A DNA stretch of 64,000 bases from an uncultured Desulfobacteraceae bacterium. GTDB taxonomy: Bacteria; Desulfobacterota; DSM-4660; Desulfatiglandales; HGW-15. Shown in pieces: positions 45,653 through 55,212 of this stretch. The position numbers and the translations under genes were made by a program. The notes under the pieces were generated by a model that had not been told where the DNA came from, did not search any database, and saw only the letters and a program-made list of their open reading frames with translations. Numbering within the stretch: the first letter of the stretch is position 1; every line of letters starts with the position of its first letter. Location: assembly GCA_964580575.1 (NCBI GenBank), contig CAZOLJ010000004.1, forward strand, positions 30,354-94,353, written 5' to 3'.

Positions 45653-46498
45653 CTACTTGGTTCTTTGAGACGGGCTTGATAGAGGATCCTCCTTGAGCAA
45701 AACCAGCACTTCTTCCAGTTTCGAAAAATCCGCAGAGGGTTTCACTCTCACATCCTTAAAGAACTCCCATGGCGTGTCCGCGATCTCCATCACCTCTCCC
45801 ACGGGCAATCCCTTGGGGAAAATCCGGTCCAATCCGGAGGTCACGATCTTATCGCCTACCGCAACATCCGCGGCCCTGGAAACGTAGTGGAGCCTGCACA
45901 GCTGGGAGGGCAGTCCCTTCAGGATGCCTTTCTCGCGCGTGCGCTGAATAAGGCAGTCCACGGCGCTGTTCTGGTCAATGATCAGAAGGACTTTCGAGTA
46001 ATTCGGGGAAACCGCCACCAACCGCCCGATGACACCCCGGGCATCCACCACGGGCATGTTGAGCCTCAGCCCTGCACTGGTGCCCTTGTCGATGAAGATG
46101 GATTCGAACCACCCTGTAGGATCTCTGCCGATGACTTGCGCCGCCACCATGGGAGAGCGAATGCTCTCCTTGAACTGAAGGAGTTCCCGGAGCCGCGCGT
46201 GGGTGGACACCAACTCGCGATAGAGGTCGTTCTGCATTCGGAGATCGTCCACCTCTTTTTTCAGGCGGGTGTTCTCTTCCCGCAGATCCACCAAGCTGAA
46301 GTATTTCAGCCAGGCCTTTTCCACGGTCTCCGCGGACCGTCTGATGAGCTTCTGCATGGGGGCGGTGATCTCAATGACCACCTGCTCCACGGGCGTCCAC
46401 GATCGTCTCTTGCCCACGTTGAAAGAGATGAGAACAAGAGCGACAAAGATGAAAATAACCCAGACCCAGTACGCTCTGATTCGTTTTAAAGGGTTCAA
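45653..46498 (-). CDS. mreC: rod shape-determining protein MreC
   Basis: 281 aa. N-terminal TM, coiled coil, beta domains (VVDARGVIGRLVAVSPNYSKVLLIID). Confidence 0.9.
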   Translation of the reverse strand: MNPLKRIRAYWVWVIFIFVALVLISFNVGKRRSWTPVEQVVIEITAPMQKLIRRSAETVEKAWLKYFSLVDLREENTRLKKEVDDLRMQNDLYRELVSTHARLRELLQFKESIRSPMVAAQVIGRDPTGWFESIFIDKGTSAGLRLNMPVVDARGVIGRLVAVSPNYSKVLLIIDQNSAVDCLIQRTREKGILKGLPSQLCRLHYVSRAADVAVGDKIVTSGLDRIFPKGLPVGEVMEIADTPWEFFKDVRVKPSADFSKLEEVLVLLKEDPLSSPSQRTK

Positions 46499-46528
46499 GG
46501 ATGCCTTTGAGCTCCGCAGTAAATGGGG

Positions 46529-47563
46529 TTACCTGATCGCGACCTCTTTCAGGAGCGTCATGTCGTCCAGAGCCTTTCCAGAGCCGAGCACGACGGCATC
46601 GAGGGGATTCTGCGTAACCCTGATGGGAAGTTTGGTCTCCTCTTTCAGAAGAACGTCCAGGTTCTTGAGGAGGGAGCCGCCGCCGGTCAAGACAATGCCC
46701 GTGTCCACAATATCTGCAGCCAGTTCCGGAGGCGTCTGCTCCAGGGCAATGCGAACCGTCTCCACAATAGTCTCCACCTGCTCGGACATGGCTTTTCGTA
46801 CCTCGTCCGAATCGATGGAGAGGATCTTCGGAATCCCTGTGACCAGATCTCTTCCTTTTACCTCAATCGTTTCCACCTGGTCTGTGGGATAAGCGTTCCC
46901 GATCGTCGTCTTGATGATTTCGGCTGTGGCCAGGCCGATGAGGAGGTTGTACTTCCTCTTGATGTGCTGCAGGATCGCATCATCCATCTTGTCTCCGGCC
47001 ATGCGGACGGATTTGCAGTACACGATGCCCGCCAGGGAAATCACCGCCACTTCCGTCGTTCCTCCCCCGATGTCCACGATCATGTTGGCTTTGGGCTCGG
47101 TGATGGGCAACCCCGCACCGATGGCCGCGGCCATGGGTTCCTCGATAAGGTAGACTTCTCTGGCTCCGGCCGATTCCGCGGATTCGCGCACCGCCCGCTT
47201 TTCCACTTGGGTAATGCCTGACGGGACGCAGATGATGATCCGTGGCCGCACCAGGGTCCGCCGGTTGTGCACTTTCTCGATGAAGTGCCGCAGCATGGCT
47301 TCGGTGATCTCGAAATCGGCGATCACGCCGTCCTTCATGGGGCGGATGGCGACGATGTTGCCGGGGGTCCGGCCCAGCATCATTTTGGCCTCGCGTCCCA
47401 CGGCGAGCACCTTGCTCGTCCCCTTGCCGTCTTTTCGCACGGCGACCACAGAAGGCTCACTCAGAACGATGCCTTTGCCTTTGACATAGACCAAGGTGTT
47501 GGCCGTCCCTAGGTCGATGGCCAGGTCGTTGGAGAACAGACCCAAGAGGGGATCCAGCAACAT
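46529..47563 (-). CDS. mreB: rod shape-determining actin homologue MreB
   Basis: 344 aa. [42 protein letters not shown]. Confidence 0.97.
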   Translation of the reverse strand: MLLDPLLGLFSNDLAIDLGTANTLVYVKGKGIVLSEPSVVAVRKDGKGTSKVLAVGREAKMMLGRTPGNIVAIRPMKDGVIADFEITEAMLRHFIEKVHNRRTLVRPRIIICVPSGITQVEKRAVRESAESAGAREVYLIEEPMAAAIGAGLPITEPKANMIVDIGGGTTEVAVISLAGIVYCKSVRMAGDKMDDAILQHIKRKYNLLIGLATAEIIKTTIGNAYPTDQVETIEVKGRDLVTGIPKILSIDSDEVRKAMSEQVETIVETVRIALEQTPPELAADIVDTGIVLTGGGSLLKNLDVLLKEETKLPIRVTQNPLDAVVLGSGKALDDMTLLKEVAIR

Positions 47564-47621
47564 GGAAAAGCTCCTTTCAGCCGGTGGAAGACTCTCCCTT
47601 TCCCGGACTGAAGAGTTGGAC

Positions 47622-47650
47622 TTGACAAATGCTTAAATTCTGTTTATTAA
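47622..47650 (+). promoter_or_regulatory. sigma70-like promoter candidate for rpmH-rnpA
   Basis: TTGACA (47622-47627), 17 nt, TATTAA (47645-47650). A second candidate, TTGAAT-16-TACAAT, ends 6 nt before the ATG. Confidence 0.45.
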
Positions 47651-47693
47651 AGTTCTCTTTTGAATTCAATTAAAAAACGGATACAATGACATC

Positions 47694-47828
47694 ATGAAAA
47701 GAACATATCAACCAAGCAATATCCGAAGGGCGCGGACTCATGGATTCAGGGCAAGGATGAGTACGACCGGGGGTATCAAGGTCCTTAAAAGAAGAAGGGC
47801 CAAAGGCCGAAAACGTTTGACCGTGTAA
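47694..47828 (+). CDS. rpmH: 50S ribosomal protein L34
   Basis: Not in the ORF track (too short). My translation: [44 protein letters not shown]. Confidence 0.95.
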   Translation: MKRTYQPSNIRRARTHGFRARMSTTGGIKVLKRRRAKGRKRLTV

Positions 47829-47865
47829 CAGTGCCGTAACCTTCTGAAACGACCACCATTGTGCG

Positions 47866-48222
47866 ATGCCTGCGTTTGCCTTTTCGAAGAGTGAGAGGGT
47901 ATTGGACCGTAAGGATTTTGTCAATCTAAATCGGTCTGGGAAAAGGCTGCGGACAGCGCATTTCACGGTCTTTGTCGCAAAGAACGGGCTCGGCCGCACA
48001 AGGCTGGGGGTCACGGTCAGCAAGAAAGTCGGCGGTGCGGTCACCAGGAATCGCTTGAAGCGGCTGATCCGGGAATTCTTCAGGCTTCACAAGGGACTTT
48101 TTCCTGCAGGTTGCGACATCGTCGTTTCAGCAAGAGAAAGCGCCGGCGAACTGGATTTTCGGGAAGTGAAAGAGGAACTCCTTGAGATTGTCTCGAATTC
48201 GACGTTACGTTTATACGCTTAG
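47866..48222 (+). CDS. rnpA: ribonuclease P protein component
   Basis: 118 aa. LDRKDFVNLNRSGKRLRTAHFTVFV...VSKKVGGAVTRNRLKRLIRE. Confidence 0.9.
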   Translation: MPAFAFSKSERVLDRKDFVNLNRSGKRLRTAHFTVFVAKNGLGRTRLGVTVSKKVGGAVTRNRLKRLIREFFRLHKGLFPAGCDIVVSARESAGELDFREVKEELLEIVSNSTLRLYA

Positions 48223-48427
48223 ATATATTCCGATAGGAATGATTGTCGTTTATCAGAAACTCATTTCCCCTTTCCTCTTACCGTCCTGCCGTTTCTACCC
48301 GTCGTGCTCGGCTTATGCCCGCCTTGCCTTCAAAGAGTATGGGATTTTAAAGGGAGGCATTCTGTCCTTGATGAGGGTTCTCAAATGCCACCCCTTGCAC
48401 CCGGGAGGCTATGACCCTCTTCATTAG
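48182..48427 (+). CDS. yidD: membrane protein insertion efficiency factor YidD
   Basis: VVYQKLISPFLLPSCRFYPSCSAYA...RVLKCHPLHPGGYDP. The exact start is uncertain; the track start overlaps the rnpA 3' end. Confidence 0.85.
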   Translation: MRLSRIRRYVYTLRYIPIGMIVVYQKLISPFLLPSCRFYPSCSAYARLAFKEYGILKGGILSLMRVLKCHPLHPGGYDPLH

Positions 48428-48481
48428 CCGGGTCGGCCTCCGCCGCCTATGAGAAAAACCCTCTAGGGTCAGGGAGTCGTC

Positions 48482-50128
48482 ATGGATAAGAAAACCATTC
48501 TGGCATTCGTTTTGTCGCTTGCCGTTCTGATCGCCTGGTCTTTCCTCTTCACACCCAAGCCGGCGCAGAAAACAGAACCGCAGACCAAGGAGGAGTTCGT
48601 CAAGTCTCAGCCTGCGCAGCCTTCCTCGCCCCAACCGGCGCCGGCCGTCCAGAAGACGGAAAAGCCTGCGGACACGACGGCTCCCAAGGCTGAAGAAAAA
48701 GAAGTGACCGTGGAGACCCCCCTTTACAAGGCCGTTTTCTCGAGCACCGGGGCTTCCATCAAAAGCTTCCTGCTCAAGAAATACCACGTAACGGCCGACC
48801 CGGCTTCACCCGAAGTGCAGCTCGCCCATGGCCAGGGTCCCTTGGTGTCCATTTTTCTTGAACCTGCCGGCAAGAAAGAAGCGAGCGGGACGGTCTATCA
48901 CGTGAATGAAACCTCGCTGACCCTCGAGGCGGGTACGTCTCCCAAGGATCTCGTCTTTAGTGCCACCACTCCTGAGGGGCTTCTGCTCCAGCAGACTTTT
49001 CGCATTGATCCGGACCACTATGCCATCGAGCACACCTTCACGGTTTCCAACCCTCTTGAAAAACCCTTGGAAGGGATTCTGAAAGCGCAACTCACCAATC
49101 TTCCTCCCAAGGAGTCGACGAGCTATTACTCCTTTATTGGGGGTTCCCTTCTCCTGAACAACAAGTACGAGGAGATCGCCGCCATAGACCTCAAGAATGA
49201 GAAGAGCCTGTCCGGCCAAATCGCGTGGATGTCCTACCAGGAAGACTATTTCATGACCGCCTTTGTGCCTGAGGCCGAGTCTCAAGCCAACTTCACGGCC
49301 CGCAACCCGGGTTCCGGGGTTTTCGAACAGACCTGGAGTACAACGATTCAGCCCGTTCCTTCGGGAAATCCGTTCTCCACACGCTCAACCCTTTACCTGG
49401 GACCGAGGGATCTGGATCTTCTCAAGCCTGTCGGAAATAGATTGGATTTAGCCATCGACTTTGGATGGTTCGACATCATCGCCAAGCCCCTGCTCTACCT
49501 GCTCAAGTTTTTCAACCAGTACGTGGGGAACTTCGGCGTGGCCATCATTCTTCTCACCATCCTCATCAAAATCCTGTTCTGGCCCCTGACGCACAAGAGC
49601 TACAAGTCCATGAAGGAGATGCAGAAAATACAGCCCCTCATGGCCAAGATCAGGGAGAAGTACAAGGACAACCGGGAGATGATGAACAAGGAGATGATGT
49701 CGCTTTACAAGACCTACAAGGTGAACCCCATGGGAGGATGCCTTCCCATGATCATCCAGATCCCCGTGTTCTTTGCCCTGTTCAGGATTCTGGGCAACTC
49801 GATCGAACTCAGGCACGCTCCCTTCATGCTGTGGATCAATGATCTTTCCGCGCCTGACCGGCTGTTCCATTTTCCGTTCACGATCCCTCTCATGACACCG
49901 CCTACGGGGATTCCGGTCCTCACCCTGCTCATGGGAGCCTCCATGTTCATTCAGCAGAAGATGACTCCCACACCGGGGGATCCCACCCAGGCCAAGATCA
50001 TGCTCCTCATGCCCGTGATCTTCACCTTCATGTTCATCAATTTCCCCTCGGGCCTTGTGCTTTACTGGCTGGTCAACAACGTCCTGTCCATCGGCCAGCA
50101 ATACCGCATTATCAAGCGAGCCTCTTAG
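48482..50128 (+). CDS. yidC: membrane protein insertase YidC
   Basis: 548 aa. Periplasmic domain plus the conserved 60-kDa IMP core (KMQKIQPLMAKIREKYKDN...MSLYKTYKVNPMGGCLP). Confidence 0.95.
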   Translation: MDKKTILAFVLSLAVLIAWSFLFTPKPAQKTEPQTKEEFVKSQPAQPSSPQPAPAVQKTEKPADTTAPKAEEKEVTVETPLYKAVFSSTGASIKSFLLKKYHVTADPASPEVQLAHGQGPLVSIFLEPAGKKEASGTVYHVNETSLTLEAGTSPKDLVFSATTPEGLLLQQTFRIDPDHYAIEHTFTVSNPLEKPLEGILKAQLTNLPPKESTSYYSFIGGSLLLNNKYEEIAAIDLKNEKSLSGQIAWMSYQEDYFMTAFVPEAESQANFTARNPGSGVFEQTWSTTIQPVPSGNPFSTRSTLYLGPRDLDLLKPVGNRLDLAIDFGWFDIIAKPLLYLLKFFNQYVGNFGVAIILLTILIKILFWPLTHKSYKSMKEMQKIQPLMAKIREKYKDNREMMNKEMMSLYKTYKVNPMGGCLPMIIQIPVFFALFRILGNSIELRHAPFMLWINDLSAPDRLFHFPFTIPLMTPPTGIPVLTLLMGASMFIQQKMTPTPGDPTQAKIMLLMPVIFTFMFINFPSGLVLYWLVNNVLSIGQQYRIIKRAS

Positions 50129-50144
50129 CAACGGGAGAACCGTC

Positions 50145-50861
50145 ATGGAAACTTACGAATTCGAGGGAAAAACCACTGAAGAAGCCATTCAAAATGCCGC
50201 TCGTGAACTCAACCTTCCTGTGGAAGAACTCAGTATTGATGTGATCGAGCCCGGATCTGCAGGGATTTTCGGTCTCGTCGGAGGCCGAAAGGCCAAGATC
50301 AAAGTCACCCTGAAAACTCAGGCCGAACTCGAGGAAGAAGAGGAAGAGGAGGAACCCGAAGCTGGAGAGCAAAGGGAAGAACTTCGAGAAAACGACGTGA
50401 CTTTCGCCAAAAAAACCCTTGAAGAGATTCTCGCGCTTATCCCGGTGGAAGCGACGGTCGCTGCGAGCCGTGGGGAAGGGAGGATCACCCTGCGGGTCCA
50501 GGGGGATCGTTCAGGCCTCCTCATCGGCCGAAAGGGTAACACGCTGGATGCCCTCCAGTTTCTTGTAAACAAAATCGTCAGCAAAGCTCTGGACAAAAAG
50601 ATCGACGTGGTCATTGATTCAGAGAACTACCGCCGGAGAAGAGAAGACTCCCTGACCCAGCTGGCGTTGAAAATGGGCGACAAGGCCAAGAGGATCAAGA
50701 AGCCGGTCACCACCAACCCGATGAATCCCCATGACCGGAGACTCATCCACCTGGCACTGAAGGACGATGAGCACCTGGAAACGAGGAGCCGGGGCGAGGG
50801 ACTGATGAAGAGGGTCGTGATTATTCCAAAAGGCAAGGGAGCAATCACGGATAAGGAGTAG
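50145..50861 (+). CDS. jag: Jag/KhpB-type RNA-binding protein (Jag_N, KH, R3H)
   Basis: From ATG 50145 (GGGAG upstream): METYEFEGKTTEEAIQNAARELN..., acidic linker, R3H tail (MNPHDRRLIHLAL). The track start 50055 lies inside yidC. Confidence 0.85.
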   Translation: METYEFEGKTTEEAIQNAARELNLPVEELSIDVIEPGSAGIFGLVGGRKAKIKVTLKTQAELEEEEEEEEPEAGEQREELRENDVTFAKKTLEEILALIPVEATVAASRGEGRITLRVQGDRSGLLIGRKGNTLDALQFLVNKIVSKALDKKIDVVIDSENYRRRREDSLTQLALKMGDKAKRIKKPVTTNPMNPHDRRLIHLALKDDEHLETRSRGEGLMKRVVIIPKGKGAITDKE

Positions 50862-50915
50862 AATCTCAGGCGCAGGGTTCTCCCTGCGCCTTGCACCGTG
50901 TACCGGTTTTTCCCT

Positions 50916-52307
50916 ATGTTCCTCAATGCGTCCGACAAAGATACCATTGCTGCCGTAGCCACGCCTGCGGGGCAGGCAGGGATCGGTATCGTCCGCATGA
51001 GCGGCCCTGAAGCCCGAAAAATCGCCGACAAGGTTTTCAAACCCAGGACCCCGGTGGACTCCCTTCAGAGCCACCGGCTTTACCTGGGTCAACTGATCGA
51101 TCCCGCCTCAGGCGCAGCCGTCGATGAGGTCCTCCTTTCCTACATGGCGGCGCCTCACACCTACACGCGTGAGGACGTGGTGGAGATCAACTCTCACAGC
51201 GGCCCCCTTCTCCTGGAACAGATTCTGAGAATTCTTCTCCGGGAAGGCGCTCGTTTGGCCAAACCGGGAGAATTCACCTTCCGTGCCTTCATGAACGGCC
51301 GAATGGACCTCACCCAGGCCGAAGCGATCATCGATCTCATCAACGCCCAATCCGAAAGAGGCCTCCAACTCGCTTCGAACCAGATTCATGGCAGGCTTCG
51401 TGTTGAAATCGAAGCGCTGAGGCAAAAGGCCGCGGACCTCCTGGCTCACATCGAGGTGGCCATTGACTTACCCGAAGAGGACTTCAGTCTCCTGAACCGG
51501 GAGGAGACCGTCCGCCGCGTGGGAAAAGAGCTTCTCGATCCCGTGTCTCGAATCCTTTCCGGTTACGGGGAAAGGAAATCGTGGCTGGAGGGCCTCAAAA
51601 CCGTGATTGTCGGCCGCGTCAACGCCGGGAAGTCGAGCCTCCTGAACCGTCTCCTCAACGAGGAGAAAGCCATGGTCACTCCTATCCCCGGCACCACGAG
51701 GGATGTCATTGAATCCACGATTCACATGGAGGGTCTCCCCCTGCGGGTAATGGACACCGCGGGGTTCAGGAAAGGGAGGGGCAAGCTGGAGAAGATCGGC
51801 ATTCATCGAGCCGAGCAGAAGATGGAAGAAGCCGACCTTGTCCTGCTGGTGATCGATCAGAGCAGGCCTCTCCAAACAGAAGATCTGGACCTCCTCGCCA
51901 GAGTTCAAAAGAAGAAAGCGGTGGTGGTGCTCAACAAGATCGACCTCCCGGCAGGAGTGAAAGAAGAAGCTCTTGAAACCAGGGCCGGCGGGCTCCCCCG
52001 AGTGAGGATCTCGGCTTTGAAAGGAGACGGCATAGAGGATTTGCGGAAAGCGATCCGAGTCGTGATCACCGCCGGGATCGACACTTCGGATCTCGGTGTC
52101 GCCCCGAGCCTCAGGCACAAGGAAGCTCTGGAACGGGCCTCCGGTCACTTCGAAAAGAGCATTTCAAATCTCAGGGACGGCCTGCCTTTTGAAATCGTCG
52201 CTGCCGATGTTCAAGAGGGCCTGGAGGCCCTGGGCGAGATCGTGGGAGAGACCACGAGCGACGAGGTCCTAGACCGGATCTTCAGCCGGTTCTGCATCGG
52301 AAAATAA
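50916..52307 (+). CDS. mnmE: tRNA modification GTPase MnmE
   Basis: DTIAAVATPAGQAGIGIVRMSG near the N-terminus, G domain GRVNAGKSSLLN, C-terminal FCIGK. ATG 50916 preferred over GTG 50898. Confidence 0.95.
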   Translation: MFLNASDKDTIAAVATPAGQAGIGIVRMSGPEARKIADKVFKPRTPVDSLQSHRLYLGQLIDPASGAAVDEVLLSYMAAPHTYTREDVVEINSHSGPLLLEQILRILLREGARLAKPGEFTFRAFMNGRMDLTQAEAIIDLINAQSERGLQLASNQIHGRLRVEIEALRQKAADLLAHIEVAIDLPEEDFSLLNREETVRRVGKELLDPVSRILSGYGERKSWLEGLKTVIVGRVNAGKSSLLNRLLNEEKAMVTPIPGTTRDVIESTIHMEGLPLRVMDTAGFRKGRGKLEKIGIHRAEQKMEEADLVLLVIDQSRPLQTEDLDLLARVQKKKAVVVLNKIDLPAGVKEEALETRAGGLPRVRISALKGDGIEDLRKAIRVVITAGIDTSDLGVAPSLRHKEALERASGHFEKSISNLRDGLPFEIVAADVQEGLEALGEIVGETTSDEVLDRIFSRFCIGK

Positions 52308-52322
52308 AGGAATCAGAAGGGG

Positions 52323-52417
52323 CAAAGGGACAGAGGCACAAAGGCGCAAAGCAGAAAAACATTTCTCTTCCTCTTTGTCCCTTTGTGCCTTTGTATCTTT
52401 GTGCCTTTCTTTGTGCC
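52323..52417. repeat. inverted arms of 8-nt words (4x CAAAGNNN, 18-nt spacer, ~5x CTTTGTNN)
   Basis: Left arm caaaggga cagaggca caaaggcg caaagcag (52323-52354). Right arm ctttgtcc ctttgtgc ctttgtat ctttgtgc ctttcttt gtgcc (52373-52417). Arms roughly 85% complementary by eye; 16 nt after the mnmE stop. Confidence 0.8.
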
Positions 52418-52542
52418 TGGATCGTGGTCAAGGTTGACTTTAGGTCGCCGTTCCAATATAGGATTCTTGTCCCTGAAGCCCCTTTGCGCCGCCTCTTTCT
52501 TCTCTGACGGAAATCCCCGCGAAGAGGGCTGGAGAGCCGGAT

Positions 52543-54801
52543 ATGAAAAAAGCTCTTAAGCGGTTTTTCTCACTGAATCCCGGCTCTCTGACCGTCCTTC
52601 TTACCCTCCTCATCCTTGCGCTCTTTGTTGTGCAAGTGGACCTCTTCGAAATCGTGGAGCTGAAAACCTACGATTTCCGGTTCCTTTCAAGAGGGGCCAA
52701 ATCACCTCGACCCGACGTGGTTATGGCTGTGCTGGATGAGAAGAGCCTCAAGTCGGAAGGCCGCTGGCCGTGGCCGAGATCCAAAACGGCGAAACTCATC
52801 GAGGTTCTTTCGCGCGATGGAGCCAAGGTAATCGGCTTTGATATTATTTTCGCCGAACCCGACGAGAACTCCAGCATTCAGTTCATTCGTCAAATAGAAC
52901 AGAAGATGAAGCACTACCGCGTGGAAAACGAGGGGGTCAAGGCGTTCATCGAAGAAAGCAAGGCCAGCGCGGACAATGATCTTGCTTTGGCTGAGGCAAT
53001 CAAGGCGTCCAAGGCCAAAGTGGTCCTAGGTTATTTCTTCCACATGAGCCAGGGGGAATTGGACTTCGAGCTGGACGACAAGGACAAAGAGGACCAGATG
53101 CGCAGGATCACCGGTTCGCGCTACCCCGTCGTCTTTCTCGCCAGGCAGGACCGGGCGGCCGACTCTTTTGTTCGGGCTTACGCTCCCCAGGCAAACCTGG
53201 CCCTTCTTGCCGGGGCAACCGATGCCGCAGGCTATTTCAACATGATCCCGGACAAAGACGGGGTGGTTCGCTCCATGCCCCTCGCAATCCAGTGCGGCAA
53301 AGACATTTACTCTCCTCTCTCCATCCAATGTATCTGGAATTACCTTGGGAGGCCTCCTCTGGTGGTCCAGGTGGCCAGCTATGGGGTCGAGGGCATTCGA
53401 ATGGGAAACCTGGTGATCCCCACCGACGAAAACGGACACATGCTGATCAACTATCTTGGTCCCGAAAAAATGTTTCCCGACTATTCCATCACCGACATCC
53501 TTCAGGGCAACGTTCCAAAGGGCACCTTCAAGGACAAAATCGTCCTGGTGGGCGCTACGGCCATTGGTCTTTATGACATGAGGAATACGCCCTTCGCAGC
53601 GGTCTACCCCGGGCTCGAAATCCACGCCACGGTCATCGACAACATCCTTGAAAAAGCCTTCATTCACAAACCGAAGTGGACCAGGATCTTCGACGCGATG
53701 ACCATTGTCCTCTTTGCGCTTATCCTAGGCCTCCTGATCCCTCGCCTGAGCGCCATCAAAGGGGTTGTCCTGACCTCGGGGGTGTTTGTGCTTTACATTT
53801 TCGTCACCCAATGGCTTTTCAGTCATGCGCTTCTCTGGGTCAACATGGTTTACCCTTTGCTCGGTCTGGTCCTGATTTATACGTCGCTCACGATTTACCG
53901 CTATCTGACGGAAGAGCGGGAGCGCAAGAAGATCAGAGGCGCTTTCAGCCACTATGTCTCCTCAGCCGTGGTGAACGAAGTGCTCAAGAACCCCGAGAAG
54001 CTGAAACTGGGCGGGGACATGAAAGAGCTGACCGTCCTTTTCTCTGACATCCGTGGCTTCACGACCATCTCCGAGGGTCTGGGCCCTGAGCAGGTGCATC
54101 GTTTGATCAATGAGTATCTCACCGCCATGACAAACATCGTCTTCAAGCATTGCGGCACCCTGGACAAGTACATGGGAGATGCGATCATGGCCATTTACGG
54201 AGCGCCTGTCGACCATCCGGATCACGCCCAACAGGCCTGCGACACGGCCCTGGAGATGATGCAGGTTCTGAACGAGCTCAACGCCGGTTGGGCCAGAGAA
54301 GGAAAACCGGTGCTCGACATAGGGATCGGCATCAACACGGGGATGATGATGGTCGGGAACATGGGCTCTGAGCAGAGGTTCGAGTACACGGTCCTCGGGG
54401 ATGCGGTCAACCTCGGCTCCCGGCTGGAAGGGGCCAACAAGAGCTACCTGACTCACATCCTCATCAGCGAGTTCACCTATGACAAGGTGAAGGGCGAGTT
54501 CCTGTGCATGGAAATGGACAGCGTCCGAGTCAAGGGCAAGACCAGATCCGTGAAGATCTACCAGCTCATGGGAAGGAAAGACACGTCCCTTTCACAGGCG
54601 GAAACGATCCGTCACTTCCACCAGGGCTTGCAATTCTACAAAGAACAGAAATGGGACAACGCTCTGGAAGCCTTCAAAACCGTGAGCGCCATGGACAAGG
54701 GAGTTTATGCCGCACAGATTTACATGGAACGAATCGCCAGCCTCAAATCCAACCCTCCCCCTCCCGACTGGGACGGAGCCTTCACCATGAAGGAGAAGTA
54801 G
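52543..54801 (+). CDS. CHASE2 sensor-domain class III adenylate/guanylate cyclase with C-terminal TPR-like tail
   Basis: 752 aa. CHASE2 (EKSLKSEGRWPWPRS), three to four TM helices, cyclase core (LTVLFSDIRGFTTISE, GDAIMAIYGAP, IGINTGMMMVGNMGS). Confidence 0.9.
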   Translation: MKKALKRFFSLNPGSLTVLLTLLILALFVVQVDLFEIVELKTYDFRFLSRGAKSPRPDVVMAVLDEKSLKSEGRWPWPRSKTAKLIEVLSRDGAKVIGFDIIFAEPDENSSIQFIRQIEQKMKHYRVENEGVKAFIEESKASADNDLALAEAIKASKAKVVLGYFFHMSQGELDFELDDKDKEDQMRRITGSRYPVVFLARQDRAADSFVRAYAPQANLALLAGATDAAGYFNMIPDKDGVVRSMPLAIQCGKDIYSPLSIQCIWNYLGRPPLVVQVASYGVEGIRMGNLVIPTDENGHMLINYLGPEKMFPDYSITDILQGNVPKGTFKDKIVLVGATAIGLYDMRNTPFAAVYPGLEIHATVIDNILEKAFIHKPKWTRIFDAMTIVLFALILGLLIPRLSAIKGVVLTSGVFVLYIFVTQWLFSHALLWVNMVYPLLGLVLIYTSLTIYRYLTEERERKKIRGAFSHYVSSAVVNEVLKNPEKLKLGGDMKELTVLFSDIRGFTTISEGLGPEQVHRLINEYLTAMTNIVFKHCGTLDKYMGDAIMAIYGAPVDHPDHAQQACDTALEMMQVLNELNAGWAREGKPVLDIGIGINTGMMMVGNMGSEQRFEYTVLGDAVNLGSRLEGANKSYLTHILISEFTYDKVKGEFLCMEMDSVRVKGKTRSVKIYQLMGRKDTSLSQAETIRHFHQGLQFYKEQKWDNALEAFKTVSAMDKGVYAAQIYMERIASLKSNPPPPDWDGAFTMKEK

Positions 54802-54905
54802 GGCTAGAGCAGCCCTTTCGCTTTATAGTAGATACCCACGGGCTTACGCCCGCGGTCCTCAGCTTTTCATTTGATAGATGAATTCTCGATGATCACCTCA
54901 CGGAC

Positions 54906-55085
54906 CTATCTCCGCGTTTTCCACCAGTCCTCCGCTCTGAATTTGGAATAGGGTGTGAGCACGACCGTGGTGCGGAAATCCTTGTCCGGAATCGCCTTCC
55001 TGAAGATCAGCCAGACGCGTCTTGAATGGGTCGGCGAGGTGACTAGGATGAGGGAACGGTATTTCTTTTCGTGGAGGAGGCGCTC
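54906..55085 (-). pseudogene. C-terminal remnant of a DUF218 (YdcF/SanA-like) gene
   Basis: Frame with no start codon, bounded upstream by TGA (55086-55088). It reads ERLLHEKKYRSLILVTSPTHSRRVWLIFRKAIPDKDFRTTVVLTPYSKFRAEDWWKTRR*. The LVTSxxHxxR block is the DUF218 hallmark. A 45-codon ORF (55180-55043, strong GGAGGAGGA RBS) overlaps it in another frame. Confidence 0.4.
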
Positions 55086-55212
55086 TCAGGTTCGATGGGC
55101 TTCGCATCGGGCGCTTGGCTTCTGTCTGCGGGTTGGCTCCCCTCCGGGCTTTTCGGTTTCGGCCAGAAGCTGAGACTCATGGGTTTCCTCCTCCTAAGCA
55201 AACCACGGCCTA

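Noticed and set aside
47564-47693. oriC next to rpmH
   Set aside because: No dnaA gene and no cluster of TTATCCACA-like boxes in the gap. Only promoter-like hexamers are present.
50055-50144. Upstream extension of the jag ORF
   Set aside because: It overlaps the yidC 3' end. The canonical Jag_N start METYEFEGKT with a GGGAG RBS is at 50145.
50869-50890. GC-rich 9-bp hairpin (ggcgcaggg-ttct-ccctgcgcc) after jag as an intrinsic terminator
   Set aside because: The T-run is 16 nt away rather than adjacent, and mnmE starts 26 nt later, so read-through is likely. I kept it only as a possible processing or attenuation hairpin.
54802-54830. Weak hairpin agggct-agagc-agccct followed by tttcgcttta as a terminator for the cyclase gene
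   Set aside because: The stem is only 6 bp and the U-tract is interrupted, so it is too weak to annotate as a feature.
55043-55180. 45-codon ORF with a strong RBS as a genuine small protein
   Set aside because: The product is low-complexity (P/S/A/E-rich) and overlaps a DUF218 remnant in another frame. It is more simply the surviving 5' end of the decayed gene.
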